Positions 1 to 12,718 of a DNA stretch of 64,000 bases are shown here, one piece after another (the stretch's first letter is position 1; each line of letters opens with the position of its first letter). The notes below the pieces were generated by a model. The model searched no databases, was not told the DNA's origin, and saw only the letters and a program-made list of their open reading frames with translations. The DNA comes from Octopus sinensis (lineage: Eukaryota), in assembly GCF_006345805.1 (NCBI RefSeq), contig NC_043022.1:11594001-11658000 (forward strand), in the 5' to 3' direction. The position numbers and the translations under genes are program-made.

Positions 1-211
1 AATGACATTCATCAGGTGGATTTCATATCTAAAAATATCAATATTTTAAAATTTTTTAAAATAAATAAATTTAAAATGGCTAAAACTATAAATAATATAA
101 ATTTATCAATGAAAATATATAAAAATATATAATCTATATAAAATTTTTAAATTTAAAAAATTTTTAAATATTGATATTTTTAGATATGAAATCCACCTGA
201 TGAATGTCATT
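1..211. repeat. Near-perfect inverted repeat (arms 1-60 and 152-211) at a Penelope-like element end; left arm cut by window start
   Basis: Reverse complement of 1-60 matches 152-211 with one mismatch; right arm runs into CTGATGA...GAAAC and a tail shared with 44184-44320. Confidence 0.85.
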
Positions 212-236
212 TGAAGACAGGAAACAATTGTAGTGG
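193..236 (+). ncRNA. Minimal type I hammerhead ribozyme motif (Penelope-associated)
   Basis: ccac-CTGATGA-a tgtc atttgaa gaca g-GAAA-c aatt g-TA-gtgg: stem I ccac/gtgg, stem II tgtc/gaca, palindromic stem III CAATTG, GUA cleavage triplet. Confidence 0.7.
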
Positions 237-322
237 CGATTTATTTACTTTATATTAAAATTTTTTATGTATTGATTAAGTCTTTCCTTGTTTGATTTGC
301 AAAATAGTGGTTTTGTCTCTAA

Positions 323-362
<40 letters not shown>

Positions 363-404
363 CACACACACATATGGATATGTGTGTGCGTGGGGGGGGG
401 GTGA

Positions 405-680
405 AGGTGCATGGCACAGTGTTTAGAGCATCAAACTTATGATTGTGAGGTTGTGACTTCAATTCACGGACCAGGCTGTGTTGTGTTCTTGAGCAAGACA
501 CTTTATTTCATGTTGCTCCGGTTCACTCAGCTGTAGAAATGAGTTGTGACATCACAGGTGCCAAGCTGTATTAGTCTTTGCCTTTTCCTTGGATAATATT
601 GGTGGTGTGGAGAGGGGAGGCTGGTATGCATGGGTAACTGCTGATCTTCCATAAAAACAACCCTAATTGGAGTTGAGTGA
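405..680 (+). mobile_element. tRNA-derived SINE, diverged
   Basis: tRNA-like head followed by tgtgttcttgagcaagacacttt...ccggttcactcagctg core; related copies near 3430-3590, 8510-8650, 47070-47330. Confidence 0.55.
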
Positions 681-714
681 CCGGTGGAGTTGAGTTCTGA
701 TATATATATATATA

Positions 715-3400
715 TCATCATTTAATGTCTGTTGTCTATGCTGGAATAGGGTGAACAGTTTGAGCGGGGTTGGCATACTGGAAAGCTGCACCAGACTCCA
801 GTCTGATTTGGCATGGTTTTCTATGGCTAGATGCCTTTCCTAGAGAGAGTAACTGGTGCTTTTACATGTCACCAGCACAGGTGCCATTTGCATGGCACCA
901 GTATCTGCCACGACTGTAATTTTGCTCGGCTTGATGGGTCTTCTTCTCAAGCATGACATAATGGCAAAGGTCTTGCTCATTGCCTCCATGAGACCCAACA
1001 CTCAAAAGAAACTCAGCTACTTTGCCTCCATGAAACCCAAAACTCAAAAGGAACTCAGCCACTATGCCTCTGTGAGCCCCAACACACAAAAGTTGTTCTT
1101 TACATGCCACCAGCTTGGATACCAGTTATGTGACTCCAGCATCAGGCCATGACTATAGTTTTACTTGGCTTGACAGGTCCTTTCAAGCACAGCATATTGC
1201 CAAAGGTCTCCGTCACTAGTCATAGCTTCTGTGAGGCTCAAAGTTTAAAGATCATGCTTCACCACCTCATCCCGTGTCTACCTCTACCACAGGTTCCCTC
1301 CATAGTTAGAGATCAGCACTTCTTTACGCAGCTGTCCTTGTCCATACACATCACATGACCATACCAGTGCAGTCATCTCTCTTGCACACCATATCTCATG
1401 CCTCTTAAGCCTAACTTTCTCTCAAGATACTTACACTGTCGAATATACACACTGACATTGCACATCCAGTGAAACATACTGGTTTCATTTCTTTCAAGCT
1501 ATGCATGTAGCATAGCTGTTCGCATGAAGGCATCATACAATCTGCCTTTCACTCTGAGAGAGTGGCCTTTTGTTGCCAAGAGTAGTAGGAGCTCTCTGAA
1601 TTTTGCCCAGCCTAATCTTCTCACAGCTATGCTCTCAAAGAATCCACCTCCACTACTAACTTGGTCACCTAGATAACAGAAACTATCTATTATCTCTAGC
1701 TTGCCCCTCTGGCAGTGGATGGAGTATATTTTCTACATATTTTCAGCATTTATTGTACCTGTGCATCTTCCACATACAAAAACTAGTTTTCCTGTTAACC
1801 TTCCTCTGATATTGCTGCACCTTTTATGGGTCCAAAGCTTAAACTGGGTGTATCTTATGGAGTTTCTACCTATGCCTTTTCTACACATTGAGCATGGCCA
1901 TCTACCTGAAGGAATTTGTGGTTTGTCTGCCTTCCTACTTCCTAAGACTTTGATTTTTGCTAGGTTAACTCTAAAGCCCTTCGACTTTAGACCCTGCTTC
2001 CAAACGTGGAACTTCTCTAGTTCTGGTAGTGATTTAGCTATAAGAGCAAGGTTATCAGCATAGAGGAGCTCCCAGAGGCAGCCTGTCTTGAATTCCTCTG
2101 TTATTGCCAGGAGAACTATGATGAACAAGAGGAAGCTGAGCACTGATCCCTGGTGAACCCCAACTTGTACTCTGAATTCTTCTCTGTACTCATTGCCAAC
2201 CCTCACTTAACTGGTAGCAAGCATCCCTGTACATAGCTTGTACAGCTTTCACCAACTACTTGTCTATCCCTAATTTCCAGTGACCACCAGATAAGGGATC
2301 AGGGGATCCTATCAAAGGCTTTCTCCAAGTCAACAAAGGCCAAGTACAGAGGTTTATCTTTGGCTATTTATTTCTCCTGCAGCTGCCATAACAGAAATAT
2401 AGCACCATTAGTGTTTCTTCCTCACCAAACTGCATTTCATCTAGGTTAACTATCTCCCTGATTAGTTGGGCTATGACTTTCTCCATAGCTTTCATCACCT
2501 GATCCAACAATTTGATAACTCTGTAATTATTTCTATCTAAGGCATCACTTTTACCTTTGTAGCAGTTGACCTGTGCTGCTACACCAGTCATTGGGTATGA
2601 CTCCTTCGTGAACCATCTGATTTAAAATACAAGTGACTAGACCATAACCCACACCACCAGATATTTTAAGCATCTCAGCAGTGATTCCTGATGGGCCAGG
2701 GGCTTTCCCTGTCTTCATATCCTTAATTGCTTTATCTACCAAGGTACTGTTGATTTGGATAGCTGGTCTCTCAATTGGGTCAACATTTGGTAGACTCTTC
2801 TCCTCCCATTCATTCTCCACATTCAACAGTCTTCCATAAAGGCATTTCCAAGTCTCTTCCTTTGCAGAATCATTAAATGCAAGTGCACCATCATCCATGC
2901 AGACACATTTCTTTCCTATGACATCACGATTTTCTCTTACACAATGTCTTGCAATCCAAAACACTTCAGTTTATTGGTCCTCTTTAAACTTCCAAATCCG
3001 TCTTTTCTAGATTGGTCTGCTTCTTGGCATCCTTCTGGCTGGAGTCTAAAATCACTAATGACTACTCTGTGCTGGGGAGTACATTCTTCACCAGGGAGGG
3101 TCTTTGTATTTAAGAGCAACCATGCATCCTGCTGTCTGGTGAGAATGTAATCGATCTGGCTATCACAGTCACCTGATTGGGAAGTTATTAAGTGGTTGGT
3201 TGTCTTCCTGATGTCGGTGTTGCAGATCAATGGGTTATTTGCATCACAGAACTCCAATAGCCTTGCACATTCTTCATTTCGGGGGCACCTATTCCCTGGC
3301 TCCTATGGACACCATGGAAGATACCAGGTTGCCGTCCGACATACCCATTGAAATCTCCAGTCACAAAGATGAGATCATTGCTCTGGTACCTGGCAATTCA
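715..3400 (-). mobile_element. RTE-clade LINE, 5'-truncated and degenerate (EN remnant, RT, 3' UTR)
   Basis: Minus-strand ORF fragments with WELLYADNLALI, VHQGSVLS, NNYRVIKLLDQVMK, SQIDYILTR; homologous to 48442-50775. Confidence 0.9.
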
Positions 3401-4351
3401 CTGCTATTAAAAGAAAATGATTTATTGTATGATTGTGGTTTTCATTCCTGGGCCAGGTAATGTGTTGTGTTCTTGAGCAAAGCACTTCATTCCACATTGC
3501 TCCAGTCCACTCAGTTGGTGTCCTACCCAGAGAGGGATATGTACATCGGAGAAACCAGGAAACTGGCCCCGTACTCCTTACGGACTAATGTGGACTAACC
3601 TGCTTCTTAATTCACTTCCTCTTCGTGTGGTGGCACTGTTTGTTGTTGTTGTTGTTGTTGTTTTAAACCCTCAGTCATCTTTGAGCTAAGAACTCTGCTA
3701 ACACAGGCAATCTAATCATGGCCATCCCATCTTTTTTTAATTTTTTTCAGTGTATCTGAGACTGTGTTATTAAATGTCACCATTCTTTTTTTTTCTTTTC
3801 TTTTTTGATAAGATATGGTTTAAAGGAGATTTAGTTACTTTTTCTTGTAGGGCAAATGACTGAGCACAAACTCCATACAGATATCAGTAACAGTGGTTCT
3901 CCAGTAGAGGCTTGTCACCAGAAATGTCAAAGGCCTAGCTCCATGGATTGTGCTTTGCAAAGCAGGTCCCCATGCAACCTTTAACTTCTCATAGGGTCAC
4001 CTACAGGGATTAAAGAAGAATTTAACAGTGGCCCATGTGTCACAGTTTCTTCTCTGTCGTTCCCCAGTCCCTGGAGCAGAATGTCATAAGGGCCACCCTT
4101 ATGACATACAGAGGTCATAAGAGCTGCTGTTCTTTGACTGAAGTAAGAGAAGTCCTTATAACTTCCAAAGGACAATCCCAAGTCCTGCTGTAATTTTGAC
4201 TCTGAAAAATATTTGAGAAAATCTGTATAGCTGAGTAGATAGAGAGTGAAACTAGTGAGGGAGAGTAAGCTGTGTAGATGAAAGGTGTGGGCTGCAAGAA
4301 GTGGAGAGAGAGGCAAAGAGATGAGGATGGTAGTAAGATAGTTATATACAA

Positions 4352-4840
4352 CTAGCAGTATCGCCCGGCGTTGCTCGGGTTTGTAAGGGAAATAACTATA
4401 TAAGCATTTTTAGAGAGTTACTTTCCTTAGCCATTTCTGTTTTGGTGTCTTCAAGCCATGAAGTCGTTGTTCTAAAAGAACACTGGTCTCCTTGACAACA
4501 CTTTACGACGTTGATTTCCTTACACTCCCTTCCCCACAGCTTCACAAGGGAGGGAAGAAGGGGGAGAAGCAAACAGGTGCAGGTGTGACCATGGACGCCA
4601 ACTCCGCCGCCATCGACACACGAAAAATTATGCATTAAAATGGAATAAAAAATGATATTAAATTATTTTTAAAATCGTAGACTCATCGTAGACATGCGCT
4701 AATACTTAGGCAAGCTCGATATGAATCACGACTATAAGATACCCGAATTTGGTTAAACTGCACCGCAAAATGTGGGAGTAGTTAGGAATCTAAATCGAAG
4801 GGGACAGACACTCACACAACTACAGTTTTATATATATAGA
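4352..4840 (-). mobile_element. Non-autonomous Helitron
   Basis: Minus strand A|TC...cccgagcaacgccggg hairpin...CTAG|T, no TSD; 3' end shared with 45738-46124. Confidence 0.7.
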
Positions 4841-5151
4841 TATTAGACAGAGAAGGGTGAAGAGAGTCACATATATATATAGAGAGAGGAAGGGGTTAGT
4901 ATTAGATGTATGGGTAGAGCGGGGTGAGTATTAGATATATATATAGGCAAAGGGAAAGAGAGAGCTGGGAAGAGAGTCATACAAACTTTTAAAGAAAAAG
5001 TTGGGGAAAAGAGCCAAGGGCAAAAGGAGAGAAGTGGATGCAGAGGCAAAGAGAGAGAGAGAGGGGAAGGATAAGATTTACAGAGAAAATATTAATGAGG
5101 TTCCCTTCATTGTGAATATCTTTTAAATGCTGTTATATTTCTATATTCCAG

Positions 5152-5292
5152 CACAATGTGCCACAGCACTGCTCTGCTACCAATGTCAAAGCAATTTCAC
5201 TCACTCAGACTGCGAAAATAATCTTAAACTAAAAGAATTTGTAGTGAATTGTAAGGATTCCTACTGTGCTGTGGAGAGCCTATATATTGATG
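5152..5292 (+). CDS. Ly6/uPAR (three-finger, quiver-like) gene A, exon 2 (end of signal peptide plus Cys1-5); exon 1 not found in window
   Basis: tatattccag acceptor, phase 1; (A)QCATALLCYQCQSNFTHSDCENNLKLKEFVVNCKDSYCAVESLYID(G); donor G|gtaagg at 5293; aligns with exon 2 of genes B and C. Confidence 0.85.
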
Positions 5293-5362
5293 GTAAGGCT
5301 GTTAGCTTTACTAAACAAGGAAAATTGAAATCTTTCAAATACTACCTTCTTCAATTTATTAA

Positions 5363-6149
5363 TATCTGGATCTTTTCCTTTTGAACGGCAGTTTTCAACA
5401 CAATTTCTAGTTAACTAAACACTTTTAAACTTCATATACTGGTAGAATGTGTCAAAATAAAACATTTTTTTCTCATGGCTTTCTTGAGAAAATTGTAATT
5501 TGTAAGTTTAACGTAGTTTAATTTTTTGAATTTTAACCAATCCTATCGCCTCTATTGAGCTAAAATCATTTGCTGCGTCTAAAACTGAGACAACATCCTG
5601 TCACTTTTATGTTTATGTTCAGAGAGCGTGTGTATAAAATTATAGAATCATTTTGTTTGTTAATTGTTTAAATTATTTTCCATTGCTTTCGTTTTAGCCT
5701 TTCATTTTTTTTTTTCTTAAGCAATGGAAAATAGTTTAAACAATACTCGTGTATCTCAAAACAAAAACAAAACAAATAATTTTAGACACACGCGTAACAA
5801 TTAAATTAATTTAACAATTAATAAAAAAAAAACGAAAGGCTAAAATTTAGGGTTAGTGTTAGTGTTAGGGTTAGTGTTAGGGTTAGTGACAGGGGCTAGG
5901 GTTAGGGTTAGTGACAGGATGTTGTCTCAGTTTTAGACGCAGCAAATGATTTTAGCTCAATAGAGGCAATTGATTGGTTAAAATTCGAAAAATTAAACTA
6001 CGTTAAACTTACAAATTACAATTTTCTCAAGAAAGCCAAGAGAAAAAATGTTTTATTTTGACACATTCTACCAGTATATGAAGTTTAAAAGTGTTTAGTT
6101 AACTAGAAATTGTGTTGAAAACTGCCGTTCAAAAGGAAAAGATCCTAAT
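5363..6149. mobile_element. Fold-back MITE with about 245-bp terminal inverted repeats and internal TTAGGG/TTAGTG repeats, in intron 2 of gene A
   Basis: 5363-5605 is the reverse complement of about 5905-6149; telomere-like array at about 5847-5915. Confidence 0.8.
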
Positions 6150-6349
6150 ATCTTTCTTTTTAAGGTATAATAGACACATGGATGGCTGGATGGTAATAAG
6201 CCAGTTTTTTAATAATGTGGTCTTGGGTTCAGTCCCACTGCTTGGCAACTTGAGCCAGTGTCTTTTCACTATAGCCCTGAGTCAACCAAAGCTTTGTGAG
6301 TGGATTTCAGAGATGGAAACTGAAAGAAGGCATTGTATATTTGCAATGG

Positions 6350-6625
6350 CCTCTCTCTCTCTGAGAGTGAAAGGTAGATTGCATGATGCTTATGTATGAA
6401 CAGTTATGCTCCAAGGTAGTGAGATATGGGCCCTAAATGAAGACAACATGCATAGACTTGGGAGGAATGAAGTTGGAATGCTTTGAAGGATGTGCAACAT
6501 CAGTGTACATGTATGACAAGGTGCAAATGTGCTGAGAGAAAAGTTGAACATGAACGAAATTAGAGGCAGCTTGCAAAAGAAAAGACAACATTGGTTTGGG
6601 TGTGTGATGCATATGGATGAAGACG
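6350..6625 (+). mobile_element. RTE LINE 3' fragment
   Basis: LRVKGRLHDAYV and LREKLNMNEIRGSLQKKRQHWFGCVMHMDED, homologous to the RTE C-terminus at 48442-48906. Confidence 0.7.
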
Positions 6626-6924
6626 TAAGTATGTATGAATGGATGCTTTTCTTTGAGTTTATTTCTGAATTACGAGAGTTCCTGATGTTTGTAAATATGT
6701 GGTTGAGTTGGAGTGTTGGTCGAACTGTCGATGCCTACACTCAAGTGTGTGTGTGTATTCACCTAAAGAATCTCAAGACTGAGAATCTTTGGAAAGTCTT
6801 ACAAATCTTCCCTGTGCCATTAATAGATTGGATTTGAGGAATCCACATCAGTTTCTTTTGCACTTTCTTCAAAAAAACCTAGCATTTCAAGGTTTTGTAT
6901 GTACATATGTATGTATGTATGTAT

Positions 6925-7128
6925 GCAGGAGGACTTAAACGACATGCAAAGATACATGAAGCCCAGTTACAACTACAGCCAGCTATTACCGGTAAAGGTT
7001 TTAGTTGCCAATTCTGTACAAGACATTGTAGATCTTTAGCTGGGCTAAAAAGTCACATTCGATCACAGAACCAGTAACAGCTAAGCTTCGTGCAATGGCC
7101 ATACTCGATAACGAGGAGGTAGCCATAA
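6925..7128 (+). mobile_element. RTE-type LINE 3' end with zinc-finger-like C-terminus
   Basis: FSCQFCTRHCRSLAGLKSHIRS*, near-identical to 57768-57965, followed by a (TGTA)n tail. Confidence 0.65.
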
Positions 7129-7331
7129 TGTATTATGTATGTATGTTTGTATATGTATGTATATGTATGTATGTATGTATGTATATATGTATGTATGTAT
7201 GTGTGTGGGTATGCATGTATATACGTATGTATGCATGCATGTATGTAGTTGTGTAATTATGTTATGGACAGTCTATTTTTATTTAACATTGTCAATCTTT
7301 TACAAAATGCTTTCCACCTTTGATATTCCAG

Positions 7332-7615
7332 GTAAAACAAACATATTCAGCAGACACTGTAGCAATGGAAGCATGACAATTGCTAACAATCCCAAGATGA
7401 AGCACCTTAATGCTGAGACCAACATCACTGTGTATGCACGCAGAAAGGGAGCAGTGGTTGCTGCTTCCATCTGCAACAAAGACTACTGCAATGGCCCAGC
7501 AAACACCTCCCCAAAACTACGTCTACAATTTTCCCTTATTATTCTCTCTATTTCTCTCTTCTACACTTTTCTTTCATTCGCTTCATTTAACACTTTAAAC
7601 AGTCATCACAATTAA
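7332..7615 (+). CDS. Ly6/uPAR gene A, exon 3 (Cys6, terminal CxxxxCN, GPI-signal-like tail)
   Basis: gatattccag acceptor, phase 1 matches exon 2; GKTNIFSRHCSNGS...ICNKDYCNGPANTSPKLRLQFSLIILSISLFYTFLSFASFNTLNSHHN*. Confidence 0.85.
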
Positions 7616-7636
7616 TTGTATTGCCACCTGTGTGTT

Positions 7637-7693
<57 letters not shown>

Positions 7694-7789
7694 ACATGCA
7701 CGTGTGTGTATAGGTAGATAGATAGATAGACAAATAGATAGGTAGACAGGCAGACAGACAGATAGATATATTATACATATTAATTTACT

Positions 7790-7989
7790 CTTTTACTTGT
7801 TTCAGTCATTTGACTGCAGCCATGCTGGAGCACCACCTTTAGTCGACCAAGTCGACCCCAGGACTTATTCTTTGTAAGCCTAGTACTTATTCTATTGGTC
7901 TCTTTTGCCGAACCGCTAAGTTACAGGGACATAAACACCCCAGCATCAGTTGTCAAGCGATGTTGGGGTGGACAAACACAGAAACACAA

Positions 7990-8022
<33 letters not shown>

Positions 8023-8190
8023 CGACGGGCTTCTTTCAGTTTCCATCTACCAAATCCACTCACAAGGCTTTGGTCAGCCAGAGACTATAGTAGAAGACAC
8101 TTGCCCAAGGTGCCACGCAGTGGGACTGAACCTGGAACCATGTGGTTGGTAAGCAAGCTACATACCACACAGCCACTCCTACGCCCATAC
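7790..8190 (-). mobile_element. tRNA-derived SINE (high-copy family), full length
   Basis: Reverse complement of the family at 11320-11687, 38230-38620 and 53065-53430. Confidence 0.85.
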
Positions 8191-8892
8191 ATATATGCGC
8201 CTGCGCATATATGTATGTATGTAAGAAAATTCATTTAATTGTTCTCATTATTTGTAAAAACATATACGTCTCATTTTCTCCATAGATCTTAATCAGGAGA
8301 ATGGTATCTACCATCGTATTTCAATGTTCCCTGAGTGTTATGCTTTATATACCAACTCCAAATTATTTCATTTCACGTCTTTTTCACTCCTTTCCCTCAC
8401 TTCTTCAAAAGTATTTTTTGGCAGAAATAACAGAAATTAATAAAATGATTTTCAAACTGCATTGAATGGCTTTCTCAAACTGAATTTTACACACACACAC
8501 ATTTATATAAAGCATTTCATGTTGCTCCAGTCCACTCAGCAGGTAAACAATGAGCCATCTTGTGATGGACTGGCTTCCCATCCAGGGGAAAATATATACA
8601 CCAGAGAAACCAGGAAACCAGCCCTATGAGTGTATAACTCAGGAAGAATCTATTTATATACAGTCAAGTAATACAACTCATATTATACATACATATCTTT
8701 TATCTTTTACTTGTTTTAGTCAATAGAATGCAGCCATACTGGGGCACTGCCTTGAAAAACTTTTAGTTGAATAAATTGACCCGGTTGTTAGTTTTGCCTA
8801 ATCTTTTGCCTAATCACTAGGTTTTGGGGACATAACACACCAACACCAGTTGTCAAACGGTGATGGGGGACAAACACAAGTGCAAAGACATA

Positions 8893-8925
<33 letters not shown>

Positions 8926-8926
<1 letters not shown>

Positions 8927-10184
8927 GAGGGGCCTAACTCATAGTAATAAGTAAAACCCCCTGACCCACTTGCAGTTGTTTGATTTAGCTGAAATTTTGC
9001 ATGTGCACTTATTTATACCTCTATAGATTAAGTGGCGAATTACAGCTCTGAACTAATTGTGGTTTCTGATTTACAGGTGTTTGAACTGAGTCAAGTGTGA
9101 AATGGAGCCTGTTGAGTGTCGAGCAGTGATCTGGTTTTTGTATTTGAAAGGACGCACACCACGGGAGACTTTTGATGAAATGAAAGTAACTTATGGTGAT
9201 GATGCCCCATCATATGACCTTGTAAAACGCTGGCATTGTGAATTCAAACATAGTCGGAACTCTGTGGAAACAGCTCCCAGATCTGGTCACCCCCTTCTGC
9301 CGTTGATGAGACATCTGTCCATCAAGTTGAGGCTGGCATTTTGGAAGGTCAACACATAACTATTCGCCAAATAGCCCATACGGTCAAGATTAGTACCGGG
9401 TCTGTGGAAACTATCATTCATGACCATTTGCATATGCAAAAGGTGTCTGCCAGATGGATTTCCAGGTTGCTCACACCTTTCCAGAAGCAAGAACGCGTTG
9501 AGTGCTCGAGGATGAATTTGGAGATGTGCCAAGAAGATGAGTCAAAATTTTTCAAAAGACTGATCACACAGGATAAAACCTGGGTCCATCACTATGATCC
9601 ATAGACCAAAGCCCAGTCAATGCAGTGAAAGCACCGTGACTCACCTCCTCCAAAGAAGGCAAGGGTGCAGCCCTCTGCTGACAAGGTTATGCTCACAGTC
9701 TTCTGGGACCAGGACGGAGTAGTGATGACAGATTTCCTGGCAATGGGTACCACAATTACAGGAGCCTATTATGCTTCACTTTTGAGGAAATTAAGAGAAG
9801 CTATCAAAATCAAGAGGCGGGGCAAGATCAGCAAAGGCATCCTCCTCCTGCAGGACAACACTCCGGTCCACAACTCGCGTGTCGCCAGATCAGAAGCACA
9901 GGCGTGCAGCTATGAACTCCTCCCCTTGCACCCTCTGATTTTCACCTCTTCCCAGCCATGAAGTTGATTTTGAAAGGAAAGCGTTTCCCAGATGATGCAG
10001 CCTTGATTTCTGAAGTCACGTCGTGGTTGGAGGACCAAGTTGGGGTCTTCTACAAAAACGGTCTCCAGAGCTGTATCAAACGATGGGTAGTTCCTATGTA
10101 GGAAAAGACTAATAACTGTGCCAAGTGTTGTTGCTCTACTGCTATGGGAAGTGGGTCAGGGGCATTACTTATTGAACGCCCCAC

Positions 10185-10185
<1 letters not shown>
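8926..10185 (+). mobile_element. Tc1/mariner transposon, full length, transposase disrupted
   Basis: Degenerate TIRs flanked by TA within (TA)n; fragments with HTH region, WVHHYDP, KVMLTVFWD, QDNTPVH. Confidence 0.9.
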
Positions 10186-10226
<41 letters not shown>

Positions 10227-11319
10227 ACGACAGGTTTCTTTCAGTTTCCATCTACCAATCCACTTACAAGGTTTTGGTTGGCCTGAGGCTTTAGTAGAAA
10301 ACACTTGCTCTAGGTGCTACACAATGGGACTGAACATGGAACCATGAGGTTGAGAAGCAAGCTTCTTACCACACAGCCATCATATTAATATCTTCTACAC
10401 AAAAAAGAAGTTAAAGCTAACGTAGCATTACAAACACACTTTTATGCCTTTACAAGGAAATGATACACACAAACACACACACACACACACACACACACCT
10501 CAGTAACATGGAGGCACACCTTGCATCACAGCTGAAAACTTGCAATAAATCATTGGAGATATGATATAAACTTCCTACATAAGAAAAAGGCCACATATTT
10601 AGGAATGAACAATGAGGTGTAACCGACTAAATCAAACCGGTACTTAACTGGTAGCTTTTATAATTGACTGCAAAAGAATGAAAAGACAGAGCTGATCTTA
10701 ATAAAATTTGAACAAAGGAAATAAAAAGCCAGATTAAATATTGCAAGGTATTTTGTTCAACTCTCTAACTATTCTGCTAATCTCTTGTCCCTGAAATTAT
10801 GATATTAAGTTTTAACATAAATTTATAAGGAGTTGGCCAGAGGTTAGTTGATGACATCAAGCTTGAACTTCACTGATGTCATAATACTTTTAACCCTAGA
10901 AAGCTGAAAGGTAAAATCACTGCTGGTGGTTTGTGAATGCAGCCCTTGAATAAAGTGACATGAATACTTGTCACATTTGAGAATACGGTAGATATATAAA
11001 AATAATCCATACAAAAATGTCAGCCAGGTGCATTAGCAGGTAATTTATTTTCTGATCAGACTGAAATAGGATGTAATAACTCAAGTGAAAACTTGTGAAT
11101 AAAAATCCCAATACCTATATATACCTGCATTTTTACATACCTTTCTGTCTATTCAATTTAGCACACCTTGCCAAGTAACCATGGTATCTAGTTTGATGAT
11201 GTAATTCTTTTTTCACAAGGATTCAAGCATAACAAATTTATTCATGCGCGTATGTGTTTGAGTAAATGTGTGTGTATGTGTGTGTATGTATGTATGTATA
11301 TATATATATATATATATAT

Positions 11320-11686
11320 AGGCGCAGGAGTGGCTGTGTGGTAAGTAGCTTGCTAACCAACCACACGGTTGCGGGTTCAGTCCCACTGCGTGGCATCTTG
11401 GGCAAGTGTCTTCTGCTATAGCCCCGGGCCGACCAATGCCTTGTGAGTGGATTTGGTAGACGGAAACTGAAAGAAGCCTGTCGTATATATGTATATATAT
11501 GTATATGTGTGTGTTTGTGTGTCTGTGTTTGTCCCCCTAGCATTGCTTGACAACCGATGCTGGTGTGTTTAGGTCCCCGTCACTTAGCGGTTCGGCAAAA
11601 AGAGACCGATAGAATAAGTACTAAAAGGTGGTGCTCCAGCATGGCCGCAGTCAAATGACTGAAACAAGTAAAAGAGTAAAAGAGTA

Positions 11687-11687
<1 letters not shown>
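11320..11687 (+). mobile_element. tRNA-derived SINE, full length
   Basis: ggctgtgtggtaag...ggttcagtccc A/B-box-like head, internal (TA/TG)n, (gagtaaaa)n tail. Confidence 0.85.
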
Positions 11688-11718
<31 letters not shown>

Positions 11719-12567
11719 GCAGGTACATGTATATAAATTTAAACAAATCTTTTTTATAAAGCTGCCAAAACAACATAAGTTAGAAGAAATAAGACTGACA
11801 AGTCAATGATTTGCACTTTTACACCCTGTTTCAACATGTCAAGATTAGAATCCATTCTTTGGGAAATCTTAGGAGAAATGGTGTTGAGTTCATTTCTCTG
11901 AAGTTTTCCTGAAGAAGGGCTCCTACTTAGAAATATTGATACACACTGACTTGTATTATTTCTTATAACTTGCATTGTTATAACTTCATAAAAAAATTAA
12001 ACAAACAAACAAACAAATATGCACATACATACATGCATGCATGCATGCATGTATGTAAGTATGTATGTATGTATGTATGTATGTATGTATGTATGTATGT
12101 ATGTATGTATATGGATGAATGAATTGTCCTTTGTTTGCTGTTAACATCGAAAATTCAATAAACAGTAACCAGGGTAGCAAAATTCACGTAAGTAACAAGG
12201 ATGTACCAACCTATTCAAAAGTAGAAATTCCAGGTTAGTGTGCAGTAATTTGTACATATTTACTTATATACTTATACTATTTACTTGTCCCGTTTGTTGT
12301 CCCCTTATTTCGCTCTCGCGTCTCATGTTTGATCTTTGACCTCTGGCCGAAATCAGATCGCCATGTTGATTCGTTAGCTACTGCACGCATTTTTTTTCTC
12401 TCCTTCTTTCTGTGTTTTTCTCTCTCTGTGTATCTTTCTGTTGAAGAGCGTAGGCTCGAAATGTTAAAGACTTGTTTTATTTATATTTCCTGAGCGCCAT
12501 ACTAATACAATTGTTCGTTTGTTTTCCACCTGCCTTCGTCTTTTGTTTATTTTCATAAAGCTTCCCG

Positions 12568-12718
<151 letters not shown>

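Noticed and set aside
3587-3690. ATG with hydrophobic codons (MWTNLLLNSLPLRVVALFVVVV) as gene A exon 1
   Set aside because: No good phase-1 donor, and the hydrophobicity comes from a (GTT)n microsatellite
5847-5915. TTAGGG repeats as a telomere or fusion scar
   Set aside because: Short, degenerate and enclosed by MITE inverted repeats
11320-11400. tRNA genes
   Set aside because: tRNA-like sequences are SINE heads lacking acceptor stems; the tRNA-Phe match at 31894 is only 12 nt
12433-12470. tcttt-ctgttgaa-gagc gtag gctc-GAAA-tgtt-aaaga hammerhead-like motif
   Set aside because: Stems I and II are present but the first core strand is non-canonical (8 nt, A6 lost) and C15.2 is mutated; at most a decayed Penelope end
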